A DNA stretch of 32,000 nucleotides, from NCBI GenBank assembly GCA_040220555.1, contig JAVJUO010000195.1; one strand, given 5' to 3'. The DNA is from Coleofasciculus sp. C1-SOL-03. Lineage in GTDB: Bacteria; Cyanobacteriota; Cyanobacteriia; Cyanobacteriales; Coleofasciculaceae. This document shows, piece after piece, positions 9,166 through 17,704 of the stretch. The position numbers and the translations under genes were made by a program. The notes beneath the pieces are model-generated. The model ran no database searches, was not told the DNA's origin, and saw only the letters and a list, made by a program, of their open reading frames with translations. Numbering within the stretch: position 1 is the stretch's first letter; every line of letters starts with the position of its first letter.

Positions 9166-12100
9166 TCAAGCAACGCCTAAAGCGCCTGCACCTGCGGAAG
9201 CCAACGCCGAAACCAGCGCCGTACCAAACAGCCACCAAGCCGCCGCCGCCGCCGCTTTGCGAGTTTCCTCGGCTTGACGTTGGGCTTGATACTTGACTTG
9301 TTCTAAACGCAGTTGGGCTTGTTGTTGAATCCGTTCTGCCCGTTGTAGCACACGAGTGCGAACCTGCTCAATCTGAGCAATCATCTGATTAGCATCGGCT
9401 TCGGAGATATCGTCACGGGAACTGAGAATCGCGACTAGAGTATCCCGATCAAACTGAGACAAGCGATCGCGCAGTGCATCAAACCCCGCTTCTGGGTCAT
9501 CAAACAACGTCCGCACATCTTGCTTGATGCCATCATAATTCAGTTCAGGACGCTCTAAGCTATTCAGGTAGTCGCGAATGCGCTCAAAAATACCGTCAAT
9601 AATCGACTGGATGCGATATTGTACCGTCCGGATTTGGGCGATCGCTTGGTCGCGCACCTTGAGGATTTGATCGACAATCTGGTTAACATCCTCTTCTGAT
9701 ATATCCTCCCGTTGGGATAACAGCGCCACCAGCGTCGAGCGATCAAAGTGGGACAGGCGTTCTTGCAGACTCGACATCCCCGCACCGGGTTCATTCAGCA
9801 GTAATTGCATATCCCGCTTAATTCCTGCGGGATTCAGTTCCTCTTTACCCGTCGAACGCAGATAATCCTCAAAAGCGGCTTGGAAATCTTGGGCGGTTTC
9901 CTGAGTGCGTAGCGCCCAGCGTCGGGGGGCTTTGGCGATACGGCGCAGGGTGGAAAAGACTTGATCAATGATCTGGTTAACCTCTTGTTCACTCAGATCA
10001 TCCCGTTGGGCGAGTAACTGTACCAGAGTATCGCGATCCATTGCTGCTAATCGACGTCTGATTAAGCGAGTTCCAAGCTGTGGATCATCCAGCAGTTTGG
10101 TTAAATCACGCTGAATCCCGTCTGGATTGAGTTCTGGCTTCCCGGTGTTCCGCAGATAGTCAGCGATCGCGGACATGGTTTTGTCGTATTGCTCTTTGGT
10201 TGTATCCGCCATTTTTTGGGGAATACTGCGAACACGAGTCCAAGTCCGTTCAACCTGATCGATAATTTGGTTAATTTGGCTTTCACTCAGATCCTGACGC
10301 TGATTTAACAGTTGTACCAACGTATCCCGGTCAAAGCGTTCGGCGCGTTTCCGCAGCAGCAGCCATCCTGCTTGGGGTTCATCTAAGAGTAATTTGAGTT
10401 CCTGTTCAATGGCTTGAGGATTCAGTTGAGCTTGACCCGTGTTACTCAATATAGACTGAACCTTCATCCACTGGGCTTCAACTTTTGCCTTCAGCGCCTC
10501 TTGAGTTTCTCTGGCGGTATCCAAAACGCGATCGCGGGCTTTCTCCAGTTCTACGATGACGGCTTCCCGTTCTACCGGGGTTAAATCTTGACGTTGTTCG
10601 ACCAATCGCTCAAATAAAGGACGATCAAACTGAGCCAGACGATTGCTCAGGTGTTCATAATCTGCATCTGGATCATGGAGAATCTCCCTAATATTCAGTT
10701 GAATTTTCTCAGGCGTGAGTGCTTCTTTCGGCGTGGATAGGAGATATTGCTCCATCTCGGCTAATAGTGCGATCGCCTCGGCGCGTTCTCTAGCCGCAAT
10801 TGCCACAGATAAGGCTTCTAAGCGAATGATATCCAGCCAAGTCGAAATTTCTCTGATCCGTTCTTCGGTAAAAACACCCCGTTGGGCTAACAAATCAGCA
10901 AAATCTGACCGATTGAGCTGCTCTAATTCCTGCACCACGGTGGCGGGGTCAGCTTCTGGATCATAGAGTACATCTCGGAATTCCCGCTCCAGCGTTGGTC
11001 GATGCATCTGCCAAGAATATTTATTGAGCAGATAATTTTCTACATCGGCTCGCACCGTACTGTATGCTTCATCCTGAGTCCCACCCCGGATCTGAGCAGA
11101 AACTTGACCAACCTGTTCAGTGACTTGGCTTCTGGCGCTTTTAAGCTGACCAACAATTTTCTCCATATCTAAGTCTGATATATCCACACGTCCCATCACC
11201 ATGCCCATCAGACTATGCATACCTGTGGATGCAGCTTGAGCCAGAGGTCCTGGATGTTGGGCTTTGCGGCGCTTGCGGAGTTCTGCCACTAAATCATCGA
11301 GCTTCTCGGTAAACTCATCACTAACAAGCTGATCTGGCGTAGCGGACTGAAGGTATTCCCTAAATTCTGCGATCGCATCTCTAGAAGAAGGGAGCCGATT
11401 CACCGTTTTCTTCCAGACGGCTTCAAGTTGGTCAACAATCCGATTCACATCCCGTGGCGATAAATCGCTGCGGTTACTGACTAAATCAATAAAAGTCTGC
11501 CGATTAATATCACGTAGGCTGTCACTACCAGCAATTTCTTGTAAATTTGGGTCATTGATTAAGTCTTCTAATTCCCCCCGAATCTTTTGCAGATTCAGTT
11601 CTGGAGGTCGTATCGCCTGAATATAATCTTCTAAGTTCTCGCGAATCGTCTCCGGGTCAATTGCAGACCCCAGTTCTCGACGAACTGCTGCGGCTGTTGC
11701 TTCTGCGGTTTGCACCACCTCTTTTTTTACCGCACTCCCGCCAATAGCGGCTGTAGCCGTGCCTACAAGAGCTTGAAACCCTGAGGTAGCGGTATTAACC
11801 ACTGATCCGATCAACGAACCAACGGTTGTCGAACTGACCCAAACCAGTAACGAAAAATACGTTGCCCAAATCACCAACCCGACGATCGCACCCAATCCGG
11901 GATTCTCCAGCAAGCTTAATTCTACGGCAAATAGACAAGCAAAAAATAGCGCCACGGTAACGCTAATTAACGTGGCTAATCCCAATGCTGTACCAACCTT
12001 GCGAATTTTCCCTTGTACGCTTTCTGAGGATTTGTGATCAGACGATGATGAGTCTCCGCCTCCAGCAAAGGAAATTCCCAACGCCACACCCAGATTCGTT

Positions 12101-12279
12101 AACAGCATCTGGAACGCAAACGCTAAAACCACACCAGCGATTAATGTGGTAAAAAATTGGGGTCCGTCAAAGATCAGCGCCGCATCTTCAACGGTATCGA
12201 GTTCTGGCTCTATCGGTATCTGTGCTATCCAATCTGCCCAACCCGTGAGTCCTAATGCTAGTCCCACACTCTCAACCAT
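9166..12279 (-). CDS. Large membrane-anchored repeat protein (about 8 copies of a ~98-aa helical module), function unknown
   Basis: 1037 aa with N-terminal multi-TM region (residues ~40-190) and a C-terminal TM (AAAAAAWWLFGTALVSALASAGAGALGVA). The repeats share the pattern LNPxxIxxDLxxLLDDPxxGxxxLRxRLxxFDRDTLVxLLxQRxDLSExxVNQIIDQV. Five copies show an exact 98-aa period (module starts at residues 521, 619, 717, 815, 913). Confidence 0.85.
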   Translation of the reverse strand: MVESVGLALGLTGWADWIAQIPIEPELDTVEDAALIFDGPQFFTTLIAGVVLAFAFQMLLTNLGVALGISFAGGGDSSSSDHKSSESVQGKIRKVGTALGLATLISVTVALFFACLFAVELSLLENPGLGAIVGLVIWATYFSLLVWVSSTTVGSLIGSVVNTATSGFQALVGTATAAIGGSAVKKEVVQTAEATAAAVRRELGSAIDPETIRENLEDYIQAIRPPELNLQKIRGELEDLINDPNLQEIAGSDSLRDINRQTFIDLVSNRSDLSPRDVNRIVDQLEAVWKKTVNRLPSSRDAIAEFREYLQSATPDQLVSDEFTEKLDDLVAELRKRRKAQHPGPLAQAASTGMHSLMGMVMGRVDISDLDMEKIVGQLKSARSQVTEQVGQVSAQIRGGTQDEAYSTVRADVENYLLNKYSWQMHRPTLEREFRDVLYDPEADPATVVQELEQLNRSDFADLLAQRGVFTEERIREISTWLDIIRLEALSVAIAARERAEAIALLAEMEQYLLSTPKEALTPEKIQLNIREILHDPDADYEHLSNRLAQFDRPLFERLVEQRQDLTPVEREAVIVELEKARDRVLDTARETQEALKAKVEAQWMKVQSILSNTGQAQLNPQAIEQELKLLLDEPQAGWLLLRKRAERFDRDTLVQLLNQRQDLSESQINQIIDQVERTWTRVRSIPQKMADTTKEQYDKTMSAIADYLRNTGKPELNPDGIQRDLTKLLDDPQLGTRLIRRRLAAMDRDTLVQLLAQRDDLSEQEVNQIIDQVFSTLRRIAKAPRRWALRTQETAQDFQAAFEDYLRSTGKEELNPAGIKRDMQLLLNEPGAGMSSLQERLSHFDRSTLVALLSQREDISEEDVNQIVDQILKVRDQAIAQIRTVQYRIQSIIDGIFERIRDYLNSLERPELNYDGIKQDVRTLFDDPEAGFDALRDRLSQFDRDTLVAILSSRDDISEADANQMIAQIEQVRTRVLQRAERIQQQAQLRLEQVKYQAQRQAEETRKAAAAAAWWLFGTALVSALASAGAGALGVA

Positions 12280-12500
12280 AATGTTCTTCCTTTACATAAA
12301 CGATGACCAGAATAGGATTCCCTCTTCCAGGACAAATCCTCCTGTCTTTCTGCCAGAATCGTGGTCTCAAGGCAGAAAATCATCTCCCCAAGGGGTGAAA
12401 CTCTTGGGCAAATTGCCAATTTATGCCCACCGATAGAGTAATTTGCAAGTTGATTCAGGTGGGAACTATTAAAGTTAACGGTGGGGATTGTCATTGGTTA

Positions 12501-12523
12501 GGGAACAGGGAACAGGGAACAGG
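12501..12523. repeat. STRR-like heptamer array, GGGAACA x3
   Basis: Read directly from the sequence. An adjacent 8-mer array CCCCATCA x2.5 sits at 12557-12578. Confidence 0.9.
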
Positions 12524-12641
12524 TAAGGTAGAGTTTTGAGTTAACTTCCTAATCTTCCCCATCACCCCATCACCCCAGCTCCCTGACATCCAAAGGATGA
12601 GGTAGCATATTAGCGAAGCGCACGGGTATTAGGAGTTTGAC

Positions 12642-13220
12642 GTGGGTTTATTTGAGGATCTCAATCGCTTTCTGGAAAATCGACTGGATGAATTTCTCCG
12701 CAACAATCCCCATCTAGAGTTACAGGCACTCGAAGAGCAGTTACGGGAGCAAGAAGAAGACACATTGAAGCTGATTGCTGACTTGCAACTTCAGCAAAAG
12801 CGCCTACAGGACGAAATATTAGCAGTTGCCCAAGAAATTCAGCGTTGGCACGAACGGATGAATAAGGCTCAATCGAAAGGCAGACCTGATTTAGCCCAAG
12901 CCGCTCAACAGCGAGAAGCTACGCTTTTGCATCAAGGGAATCAACTCTGGGGCAAGATGGAAGGGGTTAAACAGCGAATTGCTCAGACGAAAGAACTCCA
13001 GCGTCAGATTCAAACCCGTCGTAATCAAGTTCATGCCAAAGCCAGAGAAGTCGAAGCCGCCCGCGCTCAAGCCCAAGCTCAATCTCAGTGGCAGACATCG
13101 GCTTGGAACCAGAGTCCTAACTACAACATTGGAGCAGGTGTAGACCCCTTAGAGGCTCAGTTTCAGCGCTGGGAAACTGATGAGGAGTTAGACCAAATGA
13201 AACGGAATATGGGACGCTGA
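12642..13220 (+). CDS. Coiled-coil protein with a PspA/IM30-like N-terminus; conserved cyanobacterial hypothetical
   Basis: 192 aa with a GTG start and AGGAG 8 nt upstream. The N-terminus MGLFEDLNRFLENRLDEFL resembles the PspA/Vipp1 start. A long heptad-rich Q/E/R region follows. The family assignment is uncertain. Confidence 0.6.
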   Translation: MGLFEDLNRFLENRLDEFLRNNPHLELQALEEQLREQEEDTLKLIADLQLQQKRLQDEILAVAQEIQRWHERMNKAQSKGRPDLAQAAQQREATLLHQGNQLWGKMEGVKQRIAQTKELQRQIQTRRNQVHAKAREVEAARAQAQAQSQWQTSAWNQSPNYNIGAGVDPLEAQFQRWETDEELDQMKRNMGR

Positions 13221-13283
13221 GGGGTGTCCCTCCCATTAATTGGTAACTATAGATGAATTAGAATGGGAAACCCAAAACCGTAG

Positions 13284-13516
13284 GGGCGCAAAGACTTGCG
13301 CCCGATTCAATGGTCAAATCTAATCCACAATTTTAGCTGTGTCACGCCAGTAGGGGCGACCCGCCGCATTTAATTGACACCACCCAACCTTTAATTTAAT
13401 CGGGTCGCCCCCAGCCCAGTATCGGCAATTATCTAACACCGCCTACATTTGCAATTGGGCGAGTCGATATAGGTTAATTCTTACACAGCCTACTATATGC
13501 AGCGACTCGCCCCTAC
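13284..13516. repeat. Cluster of three GGGGCG...CGCCCC(TAC) hairpin repeats
   Basis: Hairpin 1: GGGCGCAA 13284-13291 with TTGCGCCC 13296-13303. Hairpin 2: GGGGCGACCCG 13353-13363 with CGGGTCGCCCC 13401-13411. Hairpin 3: GGGCGAGTCG 13458-13467 with CGACTCGCCC 13503-13512, followed by CTAC. Confidence 0.85.
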
Positions 13517-13538
13517 AACCGCGACGCCCCCTCCCTAT

Positions 13539-13865
13539 TCACCCATTCCCTGATGAACGGCGAGGAATCGTAAAGGAAATCGAACGAGGCGGCTTAGGTA
13601 GTGATGTGGATGACGATGAATTAAGTACCGTCGAGTTGGATGCTAGATTGCCACTCTCCACCGCAGGAGACTGAGTTTGATTGGCTGAGAATTGCCTGGA
13701 TTGTAGAAAAATCGACCAACCAGGAGATTTACCGTAGTTAGACGCGATCGCGAGTAATGCTCCTGCCAAAATGAATACTGGCATGGGTAGGATCAAATCG
13801 CTCATCCACTGAGACAATTCTATTAGGCTAAACAATACCACAAAGGTGGTAATTACAACTCTCAT
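13539..13865 (-). CDS. Small membrane protein, hypothetical
   Basis: 108 aa with two hydrophobic segments (VVITTFVVLFSLIEL and LPMPVFILAGALLAIASNY) and an S/T/N-rich tail. Confidence 0.5.
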   Translation of the reverse strand: MRVVITTFVVLFSLIELSQWMSDLILPMPVFILAGALLAIASNYGKSPGWSIFLQSRQFSANQTQSPAVESGNLASNSTVLNSSSSTSLPKPPRSISFTIPRRSSGNG

Positions 13866-13907
13866 CGCTCTGACTTAAAACTAGCGCTGCCGCCATCATC
13901 ATACACC

Positions 13908-14303
13908 ATGCAAATTTTTGCGATTCGCTTAAAACCCAACGACGATTTAAAGGCAAGTTTAGGGCATTTCGTCAAACAGCACCAGATTGAAGCTGGGTTT
14001 ATGATTACGGCGGTGGGTAGCCTCAAACAAGCCACCCTGCGCTTTGCTGGTCAAAATTATGCTCAAGCCTTCAAGCAGCGCTTTGAAATTGTTTCCCTGG
14101 TTGGCACTCTGTCAATCCATGGTATCCATCTACACATTGCCCTGTCGGATAAAAAAGGGAAAACAATCGGAGGGCATCTTTTAGAAGGATGTATCATCTA
14201 TACAACGGCTGAAATTATTATGGGTGTCAGCGACAATTTAATCTTTTTGAGAACAATGGATGAAACGACAGGATATAAAGAGCTAGAAATCAAACTTAAA
14301 TAA
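13908..14303 (+). CDS. PPC/DUF296-domain protein (PCC-type DNA-binding-like)
   Basis: 131 aa. The pattern IFAIRLKPNDDL...ITAVGSL..ATLRF...FEIVSLVGTLS..G.HLHIALSD..G.TIGGHL is typical of PPC/DUF296 proteins. Confidence 0.7.
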   Translation: MQIFAIRLKPNDDLKASLGHFVKQHQIEAGFMITAVGSLKQATLRFAGQNYAQAFKQRFEIVSLVGTLSIHGIHLHIALSDKKGKTIGGHLLEGCIIYTTAEIIMGVSDNLIFLRTMDETTGYKELEIKLK

Positions 14304-14447
14304 ACTTTACTGTACGACCAGCCGAAATTTGTGTTCCTCAAATCCAGCCAAATCACTCTATCACAGTCGTTTAGGGTCATAAACTCAAAACGGATGCGCT
14401 TAACGCTCACTTAGACAGTCGCGGAAAGCCGATTGGAAAATAAAAAA

Positions 14448-14657
14448 CTATCCTTCACCCAGAATTAGCTGAAGCGTTCGGTGCGCTTCTTGTAGGGTTT
14501 GGAGTTCGGAATTAAACTTCCATAGATAGGGCTTAACTCTATTACCTCCCACAATGGCGGGTTCCCAAGCCGTCAATTGCCATCCTTGCTCAGTTGCAGT
14601 GAGGCAATAATCAATTCGGGGAGGAATAATCGAGGGGTTGGCGTTAGTAATCATCAT
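14448..14657 (-). CDS. Small hypothetical protein
   Basis: 69-aa ORF with no recognisable motif. Called as coding only from ORF length and non-repetitive composition. Confidence 0.35.
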   Translation of the reverse strand: MMITNANPSIIPPRIDYCLTATEQGWQLTAWEPAIVGGNRVKPYLWKFNSELQTLQEAHRTLQLILGEG

Positions 14658-14957
14658 TGCTTGCTTGTAATACCCTTAAGTGGTCAAAAAAATTGTGATT
14701 GAGGGTAAGGAAGCGATCGCCTATAGCTTACTGGTGATGCCCTGAGTCCTATCAATCATCATGCCACCCCTTTCTGGAGATGGTAAGCCTTACCCGCAAT
14801 CTTTATCGAAATATCATAATTAAATTGGAACAAAACACGAGGTTATGGGGGGTTGCCGAAGTCTCTGTGAAATTGAGCTTCATCCAAGCTTCACATAACT
14901 CGGTCGAGTAAATAGACTTATTCTACGGATTGTCACAAAATATACAAGAGAGGTGAT

Positions 14958-14990
14958 GGGGGAGCTGGGGGAGCTGGGGGAGCTGGGGGA
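14958..14990. repeat. Tandem 9-mer array, GGGGGAGCT x3.6
   Basis: Read directly from the sequence. A single inverted copy (CAGCTCCCCC) is at 17631-17640. Confidence 0.9.
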
Positions 14991-15046
14991 CACCTCGGCT
15001 CCGCTCGGTGTGTCAGATGGGGAAAATGAGAGAACTTTCCTTGTCT

Positions 15047-15121
15047 GTGTAATCAGTGTCAATAAGCTCTCACCTCCCTACCCCTATCTCTCCAATAAAT
15101 CCGTGAAATCAGTGTTTTGAC
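15047..15121. repeat. 75-bp inverted-repeat arm (left) flanking the ABC-exporter segment
   Basis: Aligned by hand with the reverse complement of 17379-17453, this arm shows 67/75 identical positions. Identical blocks are GTGTAATCAGTGT, CTCTCAC, ATCTCTCCAAT and GTGAAATCAGTGTTTTGAC. Confidence 0.85.
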
Positions 15122-15138
15122 CAATGACCAATGACAAA
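15118..15138. repeat. STRR heptamer array, TGACCAA x3, containing the ABC-exporter start codon
   Basis: TGACCAA TGACCAA TGACAAA. The ATG at 15124 lies inside the array. Confidence 0.9.
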
Positions 15139-16893
15139 TCACCACTCAAACGCCTATTTGCCTACGGTCACAACTATCGCACGGAAATCTGGCAGGCGAT
15201 CGCTTGTTCGGTTCTGAATAAAATTTTTGACTTAGCGCCACCCGCGTTAATTGGTGCGGCGGTGGATGTGGTGGTTCAAAAAGAGGATTCCTTAATTGCC
15301 CAACTTGGCGTCACCGATACTTTCACCCAACTGTTGATTCTGGCGTTGCTAAGTCTGATCATCTGGGGATTAGAATCCATCTTTGAATATGCCTATAGCC
15401 GACTCTGGCGAAATCTAGCACAGACGATTCAGCATGATTTGCGCTTAGATGCCTACGCCCACTTACAATCCCTCGACTTGGCTTATTTTGAGGATAGGAG
15501 TACGGGTAGGTTGATGTCGATTCTCAATGACGATATCAACCAACTGGAACGCTTTCTGGATGTTGGCGCGAATGAAATTCTTCAGGTATCCACAACCGTT
15601 GTGATTATTGGTGCTGCGTTCTTGATTCTGGCACCTGGCGTGGCTTGGATGGCACTTCTACCCATGCCGTTTATTCTCTGGGGTTCTATCGCCTTTCAGC
15701 GCCGCCTTGCGCCCCGTTATGCTGAGGTTCGGGAAAAGGTGAGTTTACTCAATGGGCAATTAGCCAATAATTTAACCGGAATCACCACGATTAAAAGCTT
15801 TACGGCGGAAGCCTATGAAATCCAGCGCATAACTGCCCAAAGTGAAGCCTATCGTCAAAGTAACCGTCGCGCGATCGCACTCTCGGCGGCGTTTGTGCCA
15901 TTAATTCGTATCCTCATCTTATTGGGCTTTATCGGAATTCTCCTCTATGGGGGGATGGAAGCCGTCGCTGGGAGATTAGCGGTTGGAACTTATAGCGTGT
16001 TAGTCTTCCTCACGCAACGCTTATTGTGGCCCCTCACCCGACTCGGACAAACCCTGGATCTCTATCAACGGGCGATGGCGTCTACAACCCGGGTGATGAA
16101 TCTGTTAGATACGCCGATTACCATGCATTCAGGCGAGATTTCTTTGCCTGTGAGTCAGGTAAAAGGGGAGTTAGCGTTAAAAAATATTACCTTTTCCTAT
16201 CAGGGACGCCATCCTGTGATAGAAAATCTGTCTCTGCATATTCCGGCGGGAAAAACCATTGCCATTGTTGGTGCGACAGGTTCGGGGAAAAGTACCCTCG
16301 TCAAGTTATTATTGCGACTCTATGAAGTCCAAGACGGAACCATAACCCTAGATGGGATTGACTTGCGCCAGCTTCAGTTAGCTGATTTACGCCAAGCCAT
16401 TGGTTTAGTTAGCCAAGATGTATTTCTGTTTCATGGCACAGTGCGAGAAAATATTACCTATGGTAGTTTTGATGTCACGCTATCCGAGGTAGAAGCCGCC
16501 GCCGAAATTGCCGAAGCCCATGAATTTATTTGCCAACTTCCCCAAGGCTACGACACAATTATCGGGGAGAGAGGACAAAAGTTATCCGGTGGACAGCAGC
16601 AGCGACTGGCAATTGCTCGTGCTATCTTAAAAAATCCCCCGGTGCTGATCCTCGATGAAGCCACGTCTGCCGTGGATAACGAGACAGAAGCCGCCATTCA
16701 GCGATCGCTAGAGAAGATTACCCAGAACCGAACCACGATCGCGATCGCTCATCGCCTGTCTACAGTACGCAATGCTGATTGTATTTATGTGATGGATAAG
16801 GGTAAATTAGTTGAACAAGGCACCCATGAAGAATTACTGGCACAACAAGCTATTTATGCGATGCTTTGGCGGGTTCAGTCTGGTGTTAAATAA
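15124..16893 (+). CDS. ABC transporter, fused permease/ATPase (MsbA-like exporter type)
   Basis: 589 aa. The N-terminal half has six TM segments. ATPase motifs: Walker [10 protein letters not shown], signature [14 protein letters not shown], Walker [13 protein letters not shown], and H-loop IAIAHRLST. Confidence 0.9.
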   Translation: MTNDKSPLKRLFAYGHNYRTEIWQAIACSVLNKIFDLAPPALIGAAVDVVVQKEDSLIAQLGVTDTFTQLLILALLSLIIWGLESIFEYAYSRLWRNLAQTIQHDLRLDAYAHLQSLDLAYFEDRSTGRLMSILNDDINQLERFLDVGANEILQVSTTVVIIGAAFLILAPGVAWMALLPMPFILWGSIAFQRRLAPRYAEVREKVSLLNGQLANNLTGITTIKSFTAEAYEIQRITAQSEAYRQSNRRAIALSAAFVPLIRILILLGFIGILLYGGMEAVAGRLAVGTYSVLVFLTQRLLWPLTRLGQTLDLYQRAMASTTRVMNLLDTPITMHSGEISLPVSQVKGELALKNITFSYQGRHPVIENLSLHIPAGKTIAIVGATGSGKSTLVKLLLRLYEVQDGTITLDGIDLRQLQLADLRQAIGLVSQDVFLFHGTVRENITYGSFDVTLSEVEAAAEIAEAHEFICQLPQGYDTIIGERGQKLSGGQQQRLAIARAILKNPPVLILDEATSAVDNETEAAIQRSLEKITQNRTTIAIAHRLSTVRNADCIYVMDKGKLVEQGTHEELLAQQAIYAMLWRVQSGVK

Positions 16894-16928
16894 GTCATTG
16901 GTCATTGGTCATTAGTCATTTGTCATTG
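16894..16928. repeat. STRR heptamer array, GTCATTG x5 (the TTGGTCA type), inverse of the array at 15118
   Basis: GTCATTG GTCATTG GTCATTA GTCATTT GTCATTG, beginning immediately after the TAA stop at 16891-16893. Confidence 0.9.
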
Positions 16929-16941
16929 GGGATTGTCAACC

Positions 16942-17376
16942 ATGATTATGTTCAGTAAACCTCAGCCGAATAAGCCAGAGGATCAGTGGAAAGTTAAGCT
17001 AAATCAGTTTGCTAAAAAACATGGTAAAGAACTGGCGGCGCTTTCATGGGGACTCTTTCTAGAGAAGGGCGAAAGCGACGAAACGATAGGAATTGACCTG
17101 AAACCTAGACCCCATTTTGTCTATTGTCCCAAAGCGGCGCTGGAAAAATTAAATCAAAAGGTTGAGAACTATCTACAGGAAGTGGTAGGTATTGTGAATG
17201 CTCACCAACCGGATAAAGAAGTGTTAATGATTGGGATTGGGAATGACCAAATTAAATTAATTCATTTTGAACCGGAATCTCCGCCTCCAGTATGTTTTGA
17301 GGAAGTGGGGAAAGATGTCGATACATTAATTGAAGAGTTAGAACAGCGTCTGAGCGAATTTGGTATTCGTCCTTAG
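16942..17376 (+). CDS. Conserved hypothetical protein
   Basis: The ORF track starts at TTG 16933. ATG 16942 (MIMFSKPQPNKPEDQW...) is the more likely start. About 144 aa, soluble, with no motif I can name. Confidence 0.55.
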   Translation: MIMFSKPQPNKPEDQWKVKLNQFAKKHGKELAALSWGLFLEKGESDETIGIDLKPRPHFVYCPKAALEKLNQKVENYLQEVVGIVNAHQPDKEVLMIGIGNDQIKLIHFEPESPPPVCFEEVGKDVDTLIEELEQRLSEFGIRP

Positions 17377-17378
17377 TT

Positions 17379-17453
17379 GTCAAAACACTGATTTCACAGA
17401 TTGATTGGAGAGATTGGGGTGGGGAAGTGAGAGGTTAGTTACACTGATTACAC
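17379..17453. repeat. 75-bp inverted-repeat arm (right), partner of 15047-15121
   Basis: Begins 2 nt after the stop at 17374-17376. See the left-arm entry for the alignment. Confidence 0.85.
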
Positions 17454-17544
17454 TGAGTTCCATCCGGGTCAAAACCAAACGTTAGCGATAAAACCCGCCC
17501 CTACAATAGACGTTCCCATTGCTCCCTCATCTCCCTCATCTCCC

Positions 17545-17569
17545 AGACGTTCCACCGGAACGTCTCTAC
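17545..17569. repeat. Variant copy of the GAGACG palindrome family (AGACGTTCC-ACC-GGAACGTCTCTAC)
   Basis: A 9-bp stem shares the AGACGT...ACGTCTCTAC arms, but the centre differs and the left GTAG is missing. Confidence 0.7.
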
Positions 17570-17590
17570 AACCCCATCTCTCCCATCTCC

Positions 17591-17625
17591 TGATAACTGA
17601 TAACTGCTCACTGATAACTGATAAC
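17591..17625. repeat. STRR heptamer array, TGATAAC x5 (one TGCTCAC variant)
   Basis: Read directly from the sequence. It is flanked by a CTCCCTCAT 9-mer array (17523-17546) and CCCATCT-type repeats. Confidence 0.9.
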
Positions 17626-17704
17626 TCCCCCAGCTCCCCCTGCATCCTCATCCCGCGATCGGTACAATAATAGTTAACAAACGACTATCCAACTCTGCAA
17701 ACTG

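Noticed and set aside
12258-12494. 78-aa minus-strand ORF upstream of the 1037-aa gene, together with the plus-strand ORF 12146-12436.
   Set aside because: They overlap the 5' end or promoter region of the large gene and a repeat-rich spacer. Their composition and lack of motifs suggest chance ORFs.
14880-15062. 60-aa minus-strand ORF with SPSSPSSPSSP, and ORF 17469-17651 (-).
   Set aside because: Both are read through tandem-repeat arrays and inverted-repeat arms. The low-complexity sequence comes from the repeats and there is no other coding signal.
12501-17650. Short tandem arrays (GGGAACA, GGGGGAGCT, TGACCAA, GTCATTG, TGATAAC, CTCCCTCAT), considered as possible CRISPR arrays.
   Set aside because: The units are 7-9 nt and directly abut with no spacers. 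This is the STRR-type micro-repeat pattern of cyanobacteria, not repeat-spacer architecture.
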